A stretch of DNA of 64,000 nt from Yuukianura sp. NJ FZ-2021 (Eukaryota): contig CM102287.1 of NCBI GenBank assembly GCA_046563655.1, forward strand, positions 930,001 to 994,000, read 5' to 3'. Position numbers and translations under genes: made by a program. The notes under the pieces were generated by a model, which worked only from the letters and a program-made list of their open reading frames with translations, had not been told where the DNA came from and made no database searches. Shown in pieces: positions 22,628 through 32,996 of this stretch (positions within the stretch are counted from its first letter, which is position 1; every line of letters starts with the position of its first letter).

Positions 22628-23472
22628 GAAAACGGTAAGGGATCCCCCTTTTTTAGTAAAAGTTGCACGATCTGTCCCCCAGGGGGGGGGGCCTCCCCTT
22701 CTTTCTCACTCTTTTTTTTCTTCTTCTTAGTATGTTTCCCAATTTAAAAAGGGAGGAGGAGAAGGACGATGCTTGAAACCTTTTCCAACTTGTTTCCCTT
22801 TTACTACTTTTCCTTCAACTTTTTTTGGAGTTGAAGGTGGAGTTTTTCTTTTTCTCAAACGTGCTAGCATAGGAGTAGTACGTTTCTTTGAAGGAAATTC
22901 CACACCCTCTTCGTCTTGTCTATCTACTACACCACTTCTTTCCACTCCTCCACTTCCAACTTCTTGGTCTTCATCCAATAAAAGCTGAGACTCATTTGGT
23001 AATGTTTCTATTGCTGTACTACTATTTAAATCAGCTGTAGAATAATTTGAACCCGGTTCAAATGAAATGATACTAGACGAAGCTGGAGATGTTTTTTCTA
23101 AATTAAGCGCTGGAGTAGATTTAGTTGGTGACATGTTTAGGGAACCATAATGTATGGATTTAAATTGCTTTAGTAGTTTTCTTATGGCGTGTGGGGGGGG
23201 GGGGGAAACTAATGCGGATTGAAGGTGCTGATGTACTTCATACCAACCTGGAGGTGGTTGAAACTGTTCTCTTCGTTTTGAATTTTCCAAGTAATATGAA
23301 ATGACATTTATAATATTTGAAAATGGAATTCGGTTTTCGTCAATAACAATTTCAAACTTATCATTCCAAGAAATGTTACATTGTTTCATATGTTTAAACA
23401 ATTTTTTTCCTTCTTTCACTTTTGGAATTTGTTTTAAAGTGTAGGGTTCAGTAACCAAAATCATAGAAGAGT

Positions 23473-24646
23473 AGCTAATGGCAGTGGTAAGGGAAAAGGA
23501 CTTTTTTCAAAATGGCCGCCGTCCTTATCAGCAATTGCATCTGCATATGACGTTTTTTGCTCATGCGCAAAAACGTTTTGTGCGCATTGATGATGACGTC
23601 ATCCCCCCCCACTTCCGCACCCCCATACCCCCCACTATATATCCCTCCCCCTATATCCCGCCCCCCTCCCACGTGACCCCCTAGTCACGTGGCCCCCTCC
23701 CCCAAACCACAAAGTTGAAATTTTAAAAAAAAATTAATTTTTGAAAAAAAAAAATATTTTTTGAAAAAAAAATTTTTTGTAAAAAGTCATTTTTGAAAAA
23801 AATATAATTTCCTGAAATTTGGAAATTGAAAAATGTTTTGAAACTTGGAAATTGAAATTAAAACTAAAGATAAATTTCCCCAGATTACCTTAACTTTAAA
23901 TGTCAAGGTCACGCACATTTTTTCAAGGCCACGCCAATTTTTTTTCAAGGTCATGCGTGCCCTTTGCATTGGCCTATGCATTTGTGTCAAGGTCATGCGC
24001 GCCCATTTGCAATTTCATGTAAATTCTTCAAGGTCATTTCAATTTTTTTCAACGTCAGGAGAGCATTTTGAAATTACAAAGTCCCGGGAACCCTTTGCTG
24101 GGATCCCGGGACAAAGATCAAGTATGGTGCCTGGGCAGTATATTCGGCTGGTCAGAGGATTAGTGGGGCGCCACTCGGCCACTGCTAAAAGAAACCGCAA
24201 ACCACTTGCGGTTAGCCTGTTGGAACAAACCGCAAACCACTTCCGGTCAACTTGCCCGTGCACATGCACGTACAATTCCATTTGAATTTTCACTTTGCAA
24301 AACAACATCAAGGTCAAAGGTCAAACCAAGTGACCCGTCAGTGCTAGACGCGTCACAATAGACTTGTCACTACGCTCGGGGGCGTGGCTAGCCGCCCGAC
24401 TCTTTGCCCAATCAACGTTGAGCATTTCAAAAGTGGGCGTGGCTCGAGGAAATGGAGACATTTGATTGGTCGAGACTTGCAGCTACACTCGGGGGTGTGG
24501 CTAGCTCCAGCCAATCGGCATAGAGCATTTCGAAGGGGGGCGTGGCTTTAGGAAATGGTGACATTTGATTGGTCGACAAGACGCGAGCCCACAACAAAGT
24601 ATTGCCATTTTCTGTTTAAACACAGACAAGTCGCACTGGTGGACTG
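23473..24646 (+). repeat. Left TIR of mini-Polinton
   Basis: Begins AGCTAATGGCAGTGGTAAGGGAAAAGG; imperfect reverse complement of 28593-29754. Confidence 0.9.
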
Positions 24647-25217
24647 GTCAGACCCTCCGCTTGGATTACATCTGGTGGTAGGGGCCGTGAGTTCGATTCA
24701 ATTTGCCCCCAAACAATTTTTATGTAGTTCAGGCGTTTTCGGAATAATAAAAACGCAGGTTTGGTGTTTGTCGCTTGCATGCCAGAGTTGCTTGCGCTTA
24801 CATCACTACATTTAATTGCACGACAGAATCCTCTTGACCGAGAAGCTTTCATGATTTGAAACTGAAACCAACGAAAGTAATTCCGGGGCAGATGCTCGAT
24901 TATGAAGCATAACCCTGACTTTGAATCCAGCCAGATTTTTAAACGTAACAGGCAATTTATATGCCAATACCAACAACTACAGACATCCAAAAACACGACT
25001 TCACTTTTTTTGTTTTGATTTTTTGTTTTTTTTTAGTGTTTGTTTTTGTTTTTTTTAATTTTCTTTTCGTTTTTTGTGTTTTTTTTGTTTTTGTTTTACA
25101 TTTATTTATAAAAGGCATAATTTTTAAATTTTTATATGGGAGATGGATTGCTTTATTTTCCAAATTTTAAAAAGTGTAACAACGAAAAAGACTTAAGAAA
25201 GGGCTAAGAAGATTAAC

Positions 25218-26531
25218 TTAAAAGAATATTTTTTTGTTGGAAGCAAGTCCAGTAATTCTATTTCCGTCAATTTGTAAAGTTTCGTCTTCGATTCCGACGA
25301 CGAGAACCACCAAATCCTTGGTCGTCGGGGTTTCAAAATCAATTTCCAACCCGTATTGCCCAGATCTGCTCGCATTGTATCCGTCAGTCCACAAATCCTG
25401 GACGTCAAATGCAAAAATTGCATTTCCGTTTACAAACTTGTCGTAGGAAATGTCATTTCCTCCAGACTGGCGAGAAACCAACTTGCACAAATTGTGATAG
25501 GCAAGCATGTAATTTTTGTCTTTGAAAATCATTTCTTGGTAGACTAATGGTTTTTGCTCAAATTTTAGCAACAGACGGGTAACACTGTGGGGTTTAAAGT
25601 TGAATGGTGACTTTTCAACTTTTCTTCCTTCGTAAACTTCTCGTTCCAAAATGCCAACTAAAAGAAGTTTTGGGTGGTTGACACTTTGGTAGGCATTTGT
25701 CAAATCAACCGAACTGAGATTTGCCGACACATATTGTAAACACATGTGGGCCTGATCGTACGAATAGTTGGCCACTTTATTTTTGGCAAACCCTTGGCGG
25801 ATCTGAGTCACTACTTTTTCACTGGGATTTACTTGGCGAATATAATACTCGGCCGATTCGACTGTAATTTTGTACTTGGTGGTTGTTGCCGGACCTCGCA
25901 AGCAAAAGGATGCATCGCTCTTTTTAATTTCCAAATTGAATTGAGTGTTGTGCGGGAATAACTTTTTGGTCGTAAATATGCCGAGCAACGGACGCCCAAT
26001 CATTTCAAACGTTTGACTATTTTTTGCCAAGTTTAATCGTGCCTTGTAACTCGGGTTTGTGTCGTCGTAGTTGTCCATGACATCCCCGGCGTAGTAGCCC
26101 ACTTTTGACAGTGTGCTGCATTTGGTTCCAATGCCGTTAAAAAGTTGAGTGAGCATCCAGGCTTCATACGAGTATGCTCGGTATCCTTGAGCAATTATTT
26201 GGCAATTGTTGACCAAAACTTTGAAATCCTCAATGAACGCATGAAAAAATAAATTTTCTGGAGCAATTTTGTCTGCATCGGTGAGCAGAGTTCCATCACT
26301 TTTTTTAATTGAAAACACTAGTTTTAAAAAAGAATCGCTCAGGTCCAAGTAACCATGTGCTGGTTGTTCCACTCGAAAGTAGATTGGATTGCCGTCTGTC
26401 GATGGTGAAAATGGTTTCACTACTAGATAATTGCCCAAAATGGACGACACATCCGTAGTTGGTTTTGAAAATAGGTCAAATTTCGCACTTGTATTGACCA
26501 ATTTCGAATTCACTGGCACATTAACCTCCAT
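25218..26531 (-). CDS. Second, divergent major capsid protein (intact)
   Basis: AKFDLFSKPTTDVS, NPIYF, YLDLSDSFL, ENLFFHAF, YSYEAW, PKLLLVGI, SPFNF, IFAFDV align by eye with the MCP at 19421-20987; ATG at 26531. Confidence 0.85.
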   Translation of the reverse strand: MEVNVPVNSKLVNTSAKFDLFSKPTTDVSSILGNYLVVKPFSPSTDGNPIYFRVEQPAHGYLDLSDSFLKLVFSIKKSDGTLLTDADKIAPENLFFHAFIEDFKVLVNNCQIIAQGYRAYSYEAWMLTQLFNGIGTKCSTLSKVGYYAGDVMDNYDDTNPSYKARLNLAKNSQTFEMIGRPLLGIFTTKKLFPHNTQFNLEIKKSDASFCLRGPATTTKYKITVESAEYYIRQVNPSEKVVTQIRQGFAKNKVANYSYDQAHMCLQYVSANLSSVDLTNAYQSVNHPKLLLVGILEREVYEGRKVEKSPFNFKPHSVTRLLLKFEQKPLVYQEMIFKDKNYMLAYHNLCKLVSRQSGGNDISYDKFVNGNAIFAFDVQDLWTDGYNASRSGQYGLEIDFETPTTKDLVVLVVGIEDETLQIDGNRITGLASNKKIFF

Positions 26532-26676
26532 TTTAGCACAAAAACACGCACGAGATGTTGCTCCGATGGTGGCCAAATGACAACTGAGCACTATTTCCAA
26601 GGTTTAACGTGTAAATTTTGGGGTAGCACTGCGCACTAGACACGTGTTTACTCGTCGAAATGCAAACGCAGACTGA

Positions 26677-27084
26677 CTAATTGTTGTGAAATAGGCTCCC
26701 TTTTATAGCTTTTTGTGCCAAATTTTGCAATTTTGCAACAATTTTTCTCCTTTTTCGCCCACTTTTGGCAGATTTTTCTGGTTTTCTGCTATTGTCTTTA
26801 GAAATTTTCATTTTTCTGCAATTGTTGCAAAGATTTTCGTCTGAATCTGTACTGCTCGACCCATTTTTGTGTAAATTTTGCTTCAAATTTGACACTTTTT
26901 TGGGCCGCGATCGCTTTCTGACCTTCTTTTTGGGCAATTCCGCGGACATTTTTTGAACAATAGCGGGCGATGATATCGTTTTTGTGGCTAAACTTGCATT
27001 GTCGCACTTGTTTTCGCCATTTTCTGGCGTCAAACTGTCACTATTGTTGCTAAAATCAGAGTTTCCTGGTTCGTCAACTTCCAT
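26677..27084 (-). CDS. Hypothetical small protein (acidic N-terminus, Lys/Arg-rich, CxxC)
   Basis: 135-aa ATG ORF between penton and MCP, with a start context and upstream motif like those of the MCP. Confidence 0.6.
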   Translation of the reverse strand: MEVDEPGNSDFSNNSDSLTPENGENKCDNASLATKTISSPAIVQKMSAELPKKKVRKRSRPKKVSNLKQNLHKNGSSSTDSDENLCNNCRKMKISKDNSRKPEKSAKSGRKRRKIVAKLQNLAQKAIKGSLFHNN

Positions 27085-27270
27085 TTTTACACAAAAAATT
27101 CACTAGCTGTTGCTTCGGCGAGCACAAAGTTGATACTGACGACGTTTTTAAGGGTTTTGGTGTAAATTTTACACTGTTTTGCACTGTTTTCGTGTTGCTT
27201 GGTCGCAAGTCAGACGTCAACTGAACAGATTTTGTCTTTTGTGGCCGTTAATAACTGGTTTTTGGACAAT

Positions 27271-28341
27271 TTAGGTGGATTTTCTGACGTGAAGAACAAG
27301 TTGGGTTGCGCTGTGTGCTTCAGGAATTGGTGCCAGATTTTCGTCCAAAAGTTGAACGTAAATGGAATTGATCATCGACTGTCCTTTTACCGCAAAATAA
27401 CGCGGCACATTGACTTCCAAGTCGACTGGTTTGCCATCCTGATCGCCTTGTGGGAATATTCCAATCAACGGCAGCACCTTGTCTCCAAACTGGGTATATT
27501 CCGCAAGATCGCACACGACAAGGAGATGTTTTGACGTCACTTCGAGATCAATTTCGGCCTTGGCTGGATTCGTTTGGCTAAATCCCTTGAATGCGGCTCC
27601 CATTGGCAGTCCAAATATTTTGTCCAAAAGTGGCGAGAGGGTCGTAATGTAATTGGGTGTAGATTCTCGGGTGTATTTGAGTACAGCCTCGTCCTCAGAG
27701 TACTTGAATGTAATTTGAAATGGAGCCAAGGCGGCGTTCATGGCCTGAATCAGGCCTTCCACCGTCTTTTCTTTTGGTTCTACCACGGTTGCCAAGTTGA
27801 CCTTGTCTTGGAAAATGTGGAGCGTCATGTTAATTGTTGGATCAATTGCGTCAAAAACAGCTTCGGAATATTCATGGCCATGCGTCACTCCATTTGGGAA
27901 CGTGTTGGTATCAAAGCCAAAGGCTCGAGCATACTCGGCCGTCATGGTAACCACGTGGTCCTTTTCGTCGTTGGTAAGTGAAAAGACCTTGTTTGTGTAT
28001 GATATGACAATTTTTCGGTCAAATTTTTTCAATTCCTTGTTGACATGACCGAAAAACTTTATTATTCCATCTATTTTGGAGATTGTAACCGTCACCTCCA
28101 AGTGCTCGGTTACGTTTATGACATTGTCACCCTCACTGTGGCCAAAAATGTTACGTTGGGTTTTGGGTGCTGGAGTGTAGTGCATTCCAGAAATGGCAAC
28201 CTCCAGTGGTTGCTTCCAGCCATCAAGCACAGGATCCAAATTGGCACGAAACTCGTTTGGTTTATTTTCTGGGTAAAACCTGCTGTTTAAAGCACTATCC
28301 ACGATAATGTAACGCGAACTGGGTTTAACAACGACGGCCAT
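27271..28341 (-). CDS. Second, divergent penton (intact)
   Basis: YIIVDS..NSRFYPENKPNEFRANLDP.L....EVAI and LLVVCDLAEYTQFGDKVLPLI..I.VQLLDE..LVLHVR; ATG at 28341. Confidence 0.82.
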   Translation of the reverse strand: MAVVVKPSSRYIIVDSALNSRFYPENKPNEFRANLDPVLDGWKQPLEVAISGMHYTPAPKTQRNIFGHSEGDNVINVTEHLEVTVTISKIDGIIKFFGHVNKELKKFDRKIVISYTNKVFSLTNDEKDHVVTMTAEYARAFGFDTNTFPNGVTHGHEYSEAVFDAIDPTINMTLHIFQDKVNLATVVEPKEKTVEGLIQAMNAALAPFQITFKYSEDEAVLKYTRESTPNYITTLSPLLDKIFGLPMGAAFKGFSQTNPAKAEIDLEVTSKHLLVVCDLAEYTQFGDKVLPLIGIFPQGDQDGKPVDLEVNVPRYFAVKGQSMINSIYVQLLDENLAPIPEAHSATQLVLHVRKST

Positions 28342-28433
28342 TGCTGACGGCGATTTGAACAATAACAAATTAACACTTTCACTTAAACTTTTGTAGGAGA
28401 AGGTAATGTTACCGACGCAGAAGCTAGTGAAAC

Positions 28434-28488
28434 ACTGAGCCGCTTGTGGCAACGTCGCGGCCTTATATAGGCACAGCCGATGACGTCA
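28434..28488 (-). promoter_or_regulatory. Pol II core promoter of penton 2 (CRE, TATA, Inr)
   Basis: TGACGTCA 28481-28488, TATATAA 28469-28463, TCAGT 28438-28434 about 31 nt downstream of the TATA. Confidence 0.6.
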
Positions 28489-28592
28489 CCGTAAAAAACT
28501 GCAAAAAATGCAGGGGTCGCGTGGCAAGGGGTGAAGACGGGACAGTCGCAATGTAACCACCGACAAGTAAGCATGACCATTTTGTGTATAAA

Positions 28593-29754
28593 CAGTCCGC
28601 CCGGGCGACTTGTCTGTGTTTAAGCAGGAAATGGCAATACTATATTGTGGGCTCGCGTCTTGTTGACCAATCAAATGTCTCCATTTTCTGAGGCCACGCC
28701 CCTTTTTGAAATGGTAAACGCACATTGGCCAGAGTTGGCCACACCCTCGAGTGTAGCGGCAAGTCTCGACCAATCAAATGTCTCCATTTCCTCGAGCCAC
28801 GCCCACTTTTGAAATGCTCTACGTTGATTGGCTCAAGAGTCGGGCGGCTAGCCACACCCTTGAGCGTAGTGACAAGTCTATTGTGACGCGTCTAGCAGTG
28901 ACGCGTCACTCGGGTTGACCGTTGACCTTGATGTTGTTTTGCAAACCAAGTGAAAATTTAAATGGAGTTGTACGTGCATATGCACGGGCAAGTTGACCGG
29001 GAGTGGTCTGCGGTTTCTTTTGGCAGACTAACCGGAAGTGGTTTGCGGTTTGTTTTGGCAGTGGCCGAGTGGCGCCCCACTAATCCTCTGACCAGCCGAA
29101 TATACTGCCCATGCACCATACTTGATCTTCTTGGTCCCGGGATCCCAGAAAAGGGCTCCCGGGACTTGACAATTTCAAAATGCTCGCTTGACCTTGAAAA
29201 AAAAATTGAAATGACCTTGAACAATTTACATGAAATTGCAAATGGGCGCGCATGACCTTGACACAAATGCATATGCCAATGCAAAGGGCACGCGTGACCT
29301 TGAGAAAAAATTGGCGTGACCTTGAAAAAATGTGCGTGACCTTGACATTTCAAGTTGGGGTAATCTGGGGAAATTTACTTTTTAGAAATTTGAATTTTTA
29401 ATTTTTTTTCAATTTTAAAATTTCAAAAAAATTATTTTTCTGTAAAAAATATTTTTTACTTGAAAATTTCAAAAAAAATTCCATTGTTGTCAAATTTACA
29501 TTGTTGCCAAATTTCAATTGTTGTTGTAATGGGGGCGGGGTCACGTGGGGGGGGCGGATATAGGGGGTGGGATATAAAGTGGGGGGGGGGGGTATAGGGG
29601 GCGGGGGTGTGGGGGGTGCGGAAGTGGGGGGGGGTGACGTCATGCGCAAAAATGTTTTTGCGCATGAGCAAAAACGTCTTATGCAGATGCAACTGCTGAT
29701 AAGGATGGCGGCCATTTTGAAAAAAGTCCTTTTCCCTTACCACTGCCATTAGCT
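28593..29754 (-). repeat. Right TIR of mini-Polinton
   Basis: Ends CCTTTTCCCTTACCACTGCCATTAGCT, followed by the TSD. Confidence 0.9.
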
Positions 29755-30167
29755 AAGAGTTTCCAGAATTATTACTGCTTAAATTTGCACTCGTCGCTCG
29801 TTCTTTTTTTCTGTCCACATTTTTAACAAGAATAGGTTGGTTGGCTAAAATTTTACGTCTCTCGTGTAACCGTTTCGCAAAGTCATGATAAAGTAAAGCC
29901 TTGATGTCATCAGGAATATCCTTTGCACTCAAAATTTGTTGTTTACCAAATTGCAACTGTTCCCCTTTACTAGTAGTAGTAGTAGGAGTCAACTTTGAAT
30001 CTAAACTTTTTGTCAAATCAACTCCACTGTTGCCGCTGCTGCTGCTGCTGCTGCTGCTTACTTCAAATGTAGGGTCAAACTTTTTTTTATATTCAGCTTC
30101 CGAAACTAATCTCAACCTCTTCATTCTGTCAATTCCTCCTCCTCCTACCTATTCCCTTCTCACTGCT

Positions 30168-30501
30168 TTATTTTAAAATTCTGGAAAGTACTGGTGGAAT
30201 TATTGATGCAAGGAGAATTGGAAGGATAGCTCCACCGCGTTGTGTTAAAAGCTTCTTTTTTCTTGATAATGAAGTTTTTCTTCGTTTTACAATTGAAAGA
30301 ATTGTCTTCTTATGCGGTTTCAATTTTGAAATTGTTTTACTACTCACTCCAAAGTTTTTTTTTATAAATATTAAAAATGCATTCACAAATAGACTCAATT
30401 TCAGGCTTTGTTGCGTTTTTTATTAACCCTATTCGTTGTTCTTTTGCACAAGTTGACAAATATTTCAAAAAGTCACAATTTTTTCGTAATCTTAGAGACA
30501 T
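30168..30501 (-). pseudogene. Small Polinton virion protein (QxGG + hydrophobic tail), frameshift in an A-run
   Basis: MSLRLRKN..SICECIFNI / ..KLKPHKK..RKKKLLTQRGGAILPILL; the shift near 30360 may be a homopolymer error. Confidence 0.7.
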
Positions 30502-31613
30502 GATGTTCCCAGCGGCATGTCAACTTTTCAAATGAACAAACTTTTCCAAATTACTAAATCCTTTATAAGAATTTACATAGTCAAAACATTTGTTCAGTCA
30601 CCTTTCAACGCCCCCTTTTGACATTTGAACTTAAGTTCCCCCACTCCCCCTCAACTACTTGTCATCATGCCGCAACGTCACCTCAAACTTGAAAAAAAAA
30701 TTAGGCAGCAGTATGTCAACCCTAAAAATAGTTTTGCTTTTACTGGACAACACCAAATTCTCAAAACTCTACTTAAATCTAAAGAAAATAAACTCTCAGC
30801 ATCCACACTTTCTAAGGTTGTGGGAAACGCTCTGTCATCTCTACCGGCATATAATTTACACGTTCAAGCTAGAAAACGTTATCCCCGGCGAAAAGTGTTT
30901 GTTCCGTCAATGAAGTATCAGTATTGTATTGATTTGGTTGACCTTTCCAAGTACAAAGACACAAATGGAGGATATAGATATTTGGCTACCTGCATTGATG
31001 CTTTTTCAAAAGTTGCAGACGCTATTCCACTCAAAAATAAAACTGGAAAACTTTTAGCTATGTTTGGGAGATTTGAGTCGACTCACAGGTTTAAGGTTTT
31101 ATTTTAGGATTTTTAAGCTTTCAACAAAATGTCTTTAGTTTCTTACAATTCAATTTTACATTTCCTATCTTGTTAGCATACACGCGTCGCAATTCTTATT
31201 TTTAGACTACCTCTTTGTAGTGTCGTGTGCAAAACCGGACTGTGTCCAGCACACTTTTCAATTTCAAAATTCAGTCTTGTACTAGAGTCCTTTTGTAGAA
31301 GTCTCTCTGAAAACTTCAATTGTAACTTGGTCCGTCGATCTCTCAAATAGAGTCGACTCTTTCTTTCAATCAGTAAATAAAGTTAATTAAGTAGAAGAAT
31401 TGGAGGTCAACTTGGAATCATTGGTCATTGTCAGTTCGGGATAGCACACAGGGTCGTCCCTTCGTTTCTGCAGTGTCAACCGGGTTCTTTCAATCCACTT
31501 TTTACTTAGATTAGACTTTAATTGCTCATTTTCATTCAAAATAAGATACAGTCGGATTCATCCATCATTTTTTGGTCCTAATCGAACCAGATTTCATTAG
31601 TTAAGTTCCAATC

Positions 31614-32996
31614 ATGGGCGATTTACTAAAATTGATTAATTCCAGATCTGCAATTAAAACGAAGCTTAAGAGGATTGAGGGCGACCTCACCTCCAGACAA
31701 CAGGCTCCTGACAGTGTCACCATCGCTCAAGTCAAGGTCACGTCGGAAGAGATCACGCGCATTGAAACCAAATATGAAGGTATTCAAGAACAGATTGTCA
31801 ACGCAATTACAACGGACGAGGATTTGGTCGTCCAAATTGAGGCTGGGGAACAAATCGACAGTCTTCTACTGTCATGCAAGATCATTCTGGCCGATTTTAC
31901 TGCCATGCTTAACCCACCCAGCTCAAATGCAAGTACATTGTCGTCGTCATCTGTACAAGGCGCTGTGTCGACACAAGTCATTGACCAGTCACAAGGTAAT
32001 GTGTCGACACAATCCAGAGTCCGTCTTCCAAAATTGGATCTGCCTAGTTTCGAGGGAAACTATGATGACTGGATGACCTTCCGTGACCGCTTCTCTTCAT
32101 GCATCGTCAACAACAGCACACTGTCAGGCAGCGAAAAGCTCCAGTACCTCGTCTCGTGTGTCAAGGGAGAAGCAGCCATAGGGATTTCCAATTTCCCTAT
32201 AACAAACGACAGTTTCGATGCTGCTTGGAAAACACTACAGGACAGATACGAGAACACACGAGAGATTGTCTTCGCTCTAATCAGGAAACTCATGCAGCAG
32301 AGCAAAGTAACTTCAGAAAATGCATCTCATTTACGCAAATTAGTGGATACAACGATGCAATGCTTGAGATCATTGGAGAACTTGGGTCGACCCACTGACC
32401 AGTGGGATGATCTCATCGTCTACACATTAGTCGAGAAAATGGACAATGACTCACGCCGTGAATGGGCAAGGCAGCTTCATGGAACTGAAATGCCTACTAC
32501 AAAAGATGTCATTGACTTTCTGGAAGACCAGATACGCGGACTCTTGGCCAGTTCCTTATCTACTGCAAAGGTTAAGTCGGATAAGACCACACACAACAAG
32601 AAAGGCTCTCATGCAGCAAATGAAATGAAGTCGACTTCATGTCGAAAGTGTGATGGGTCACATCCCATATTCAAATGTCAACAATTCATTGACCTGGTCG
32701 TCCAGGATAGGCTCAATTTTGCCAAAGGAAATAATCTTTGTTTCAATTGTCTATTTCGAGGTCATGGCTCAAACAAATGCCTATCCAAGGGTACTTGCCG
32801 TCACTGTGGACGCAAGCACCATACCTTGCTCCACTTGGACAAGGTCAGCGGAGGACAACAACCTCCCACCCAACAACCACCTGCCACCACGCAGCAACCT
32901 ACGGTCTCCAGCAACCATGCTAGAGGAAAGGGAGTCATCTTGGCAACAGCTCTTATTCAGATGGAAGACAGCACGCTTTTTGGGTCGTCCCAATGA
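31614..32996 (+). CDS. gag: BEL/Pao Gag
   Basis: RLPKLDLPSFEG..W..F.D.F, KLQYL, three Cys/His clusters (CRKCDGSH, CFNCL..GH, CRHCGRKHHTLLH). Confidence 0.9.
   Translation: MGDLLKLINSRSAIKTKLKRIEGDLTSRQQAPDSVTIAQVKVTSEEITRIETKYEGIQEQIVNAITTDEDLVVQIEAGEQIDSLLLSCKIILADFTAMLNPPSSNASTLSSSSVQGAVSTQVIDQSQGNVSTQSRVRLPKLDLPSFEGNYDDWMTFRDRFSSCIVNNSTLSGSEKLQYLVSCVKGEAAIGISNFPITNDSFDAAWKTLQDRYENTREIVFALIRKLMQQSKVTSENASHLRKLVDTTMQCLRSLENLGRPTDQWDDLIVYTLVEKMDNDSRREWARQLHGTEMPTTKDVIDFLEDQIRGLLASSLSTAKVKSDKTTHNKKGSHAANEMKSTSCRKCDGSHPIFKCQQFIDLVVQDRLNFAKGNNLCFNCLFRGHGSNKCLSKGTCRHCGRKHHTLLHLDKVSGGQQPPTQQPPATTQQPTVSSNHARGKGVILATALIQMEDSTLFGSSQ

Larger units (their letters stand above)
23473..29754. mobile_element. 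Non-autonomous mini-Polinton encoding capsid proteins only
   Basis: AG...CT termini, 6-bp TSD AAGAGT (23467-23472, 29755-29760), ~1.17-kb TIRs, internal MCP, penton and small ORF. Confidence 0.9.
22727..30124 (-). pseudogene. Polinton hypothetical gene split by the mini-Polinton (30124-29755 + 23466-22727)
   Basis: Excising 23473-29754 and one AAGAGT joins ...NNSGNS to SMILVTEP... in frame; contains ISWNDKFEI..D...IP.SNI and PPGW motifs seen in Polinton accessory ORFs. Confidence 0.8.

Noticed and set aside
23475..24317. ORFs inside the TIRs (mirrored at 28958-29752)
   Set aside because: The two TIR copies differ by frame-breaking indels; low-complexity translations with no motifs.
24957..25170. 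Lys-rich and Phe-rich ORFs
   Set aside because: Products of a T-rich low-complexity tract downstream of MCP2.
32650..32975. N-terminus of the 1214-aa ORF
   Set aside because: Alternative frame over BEL gag; real pol sequence starts after the deletion at ~32975.
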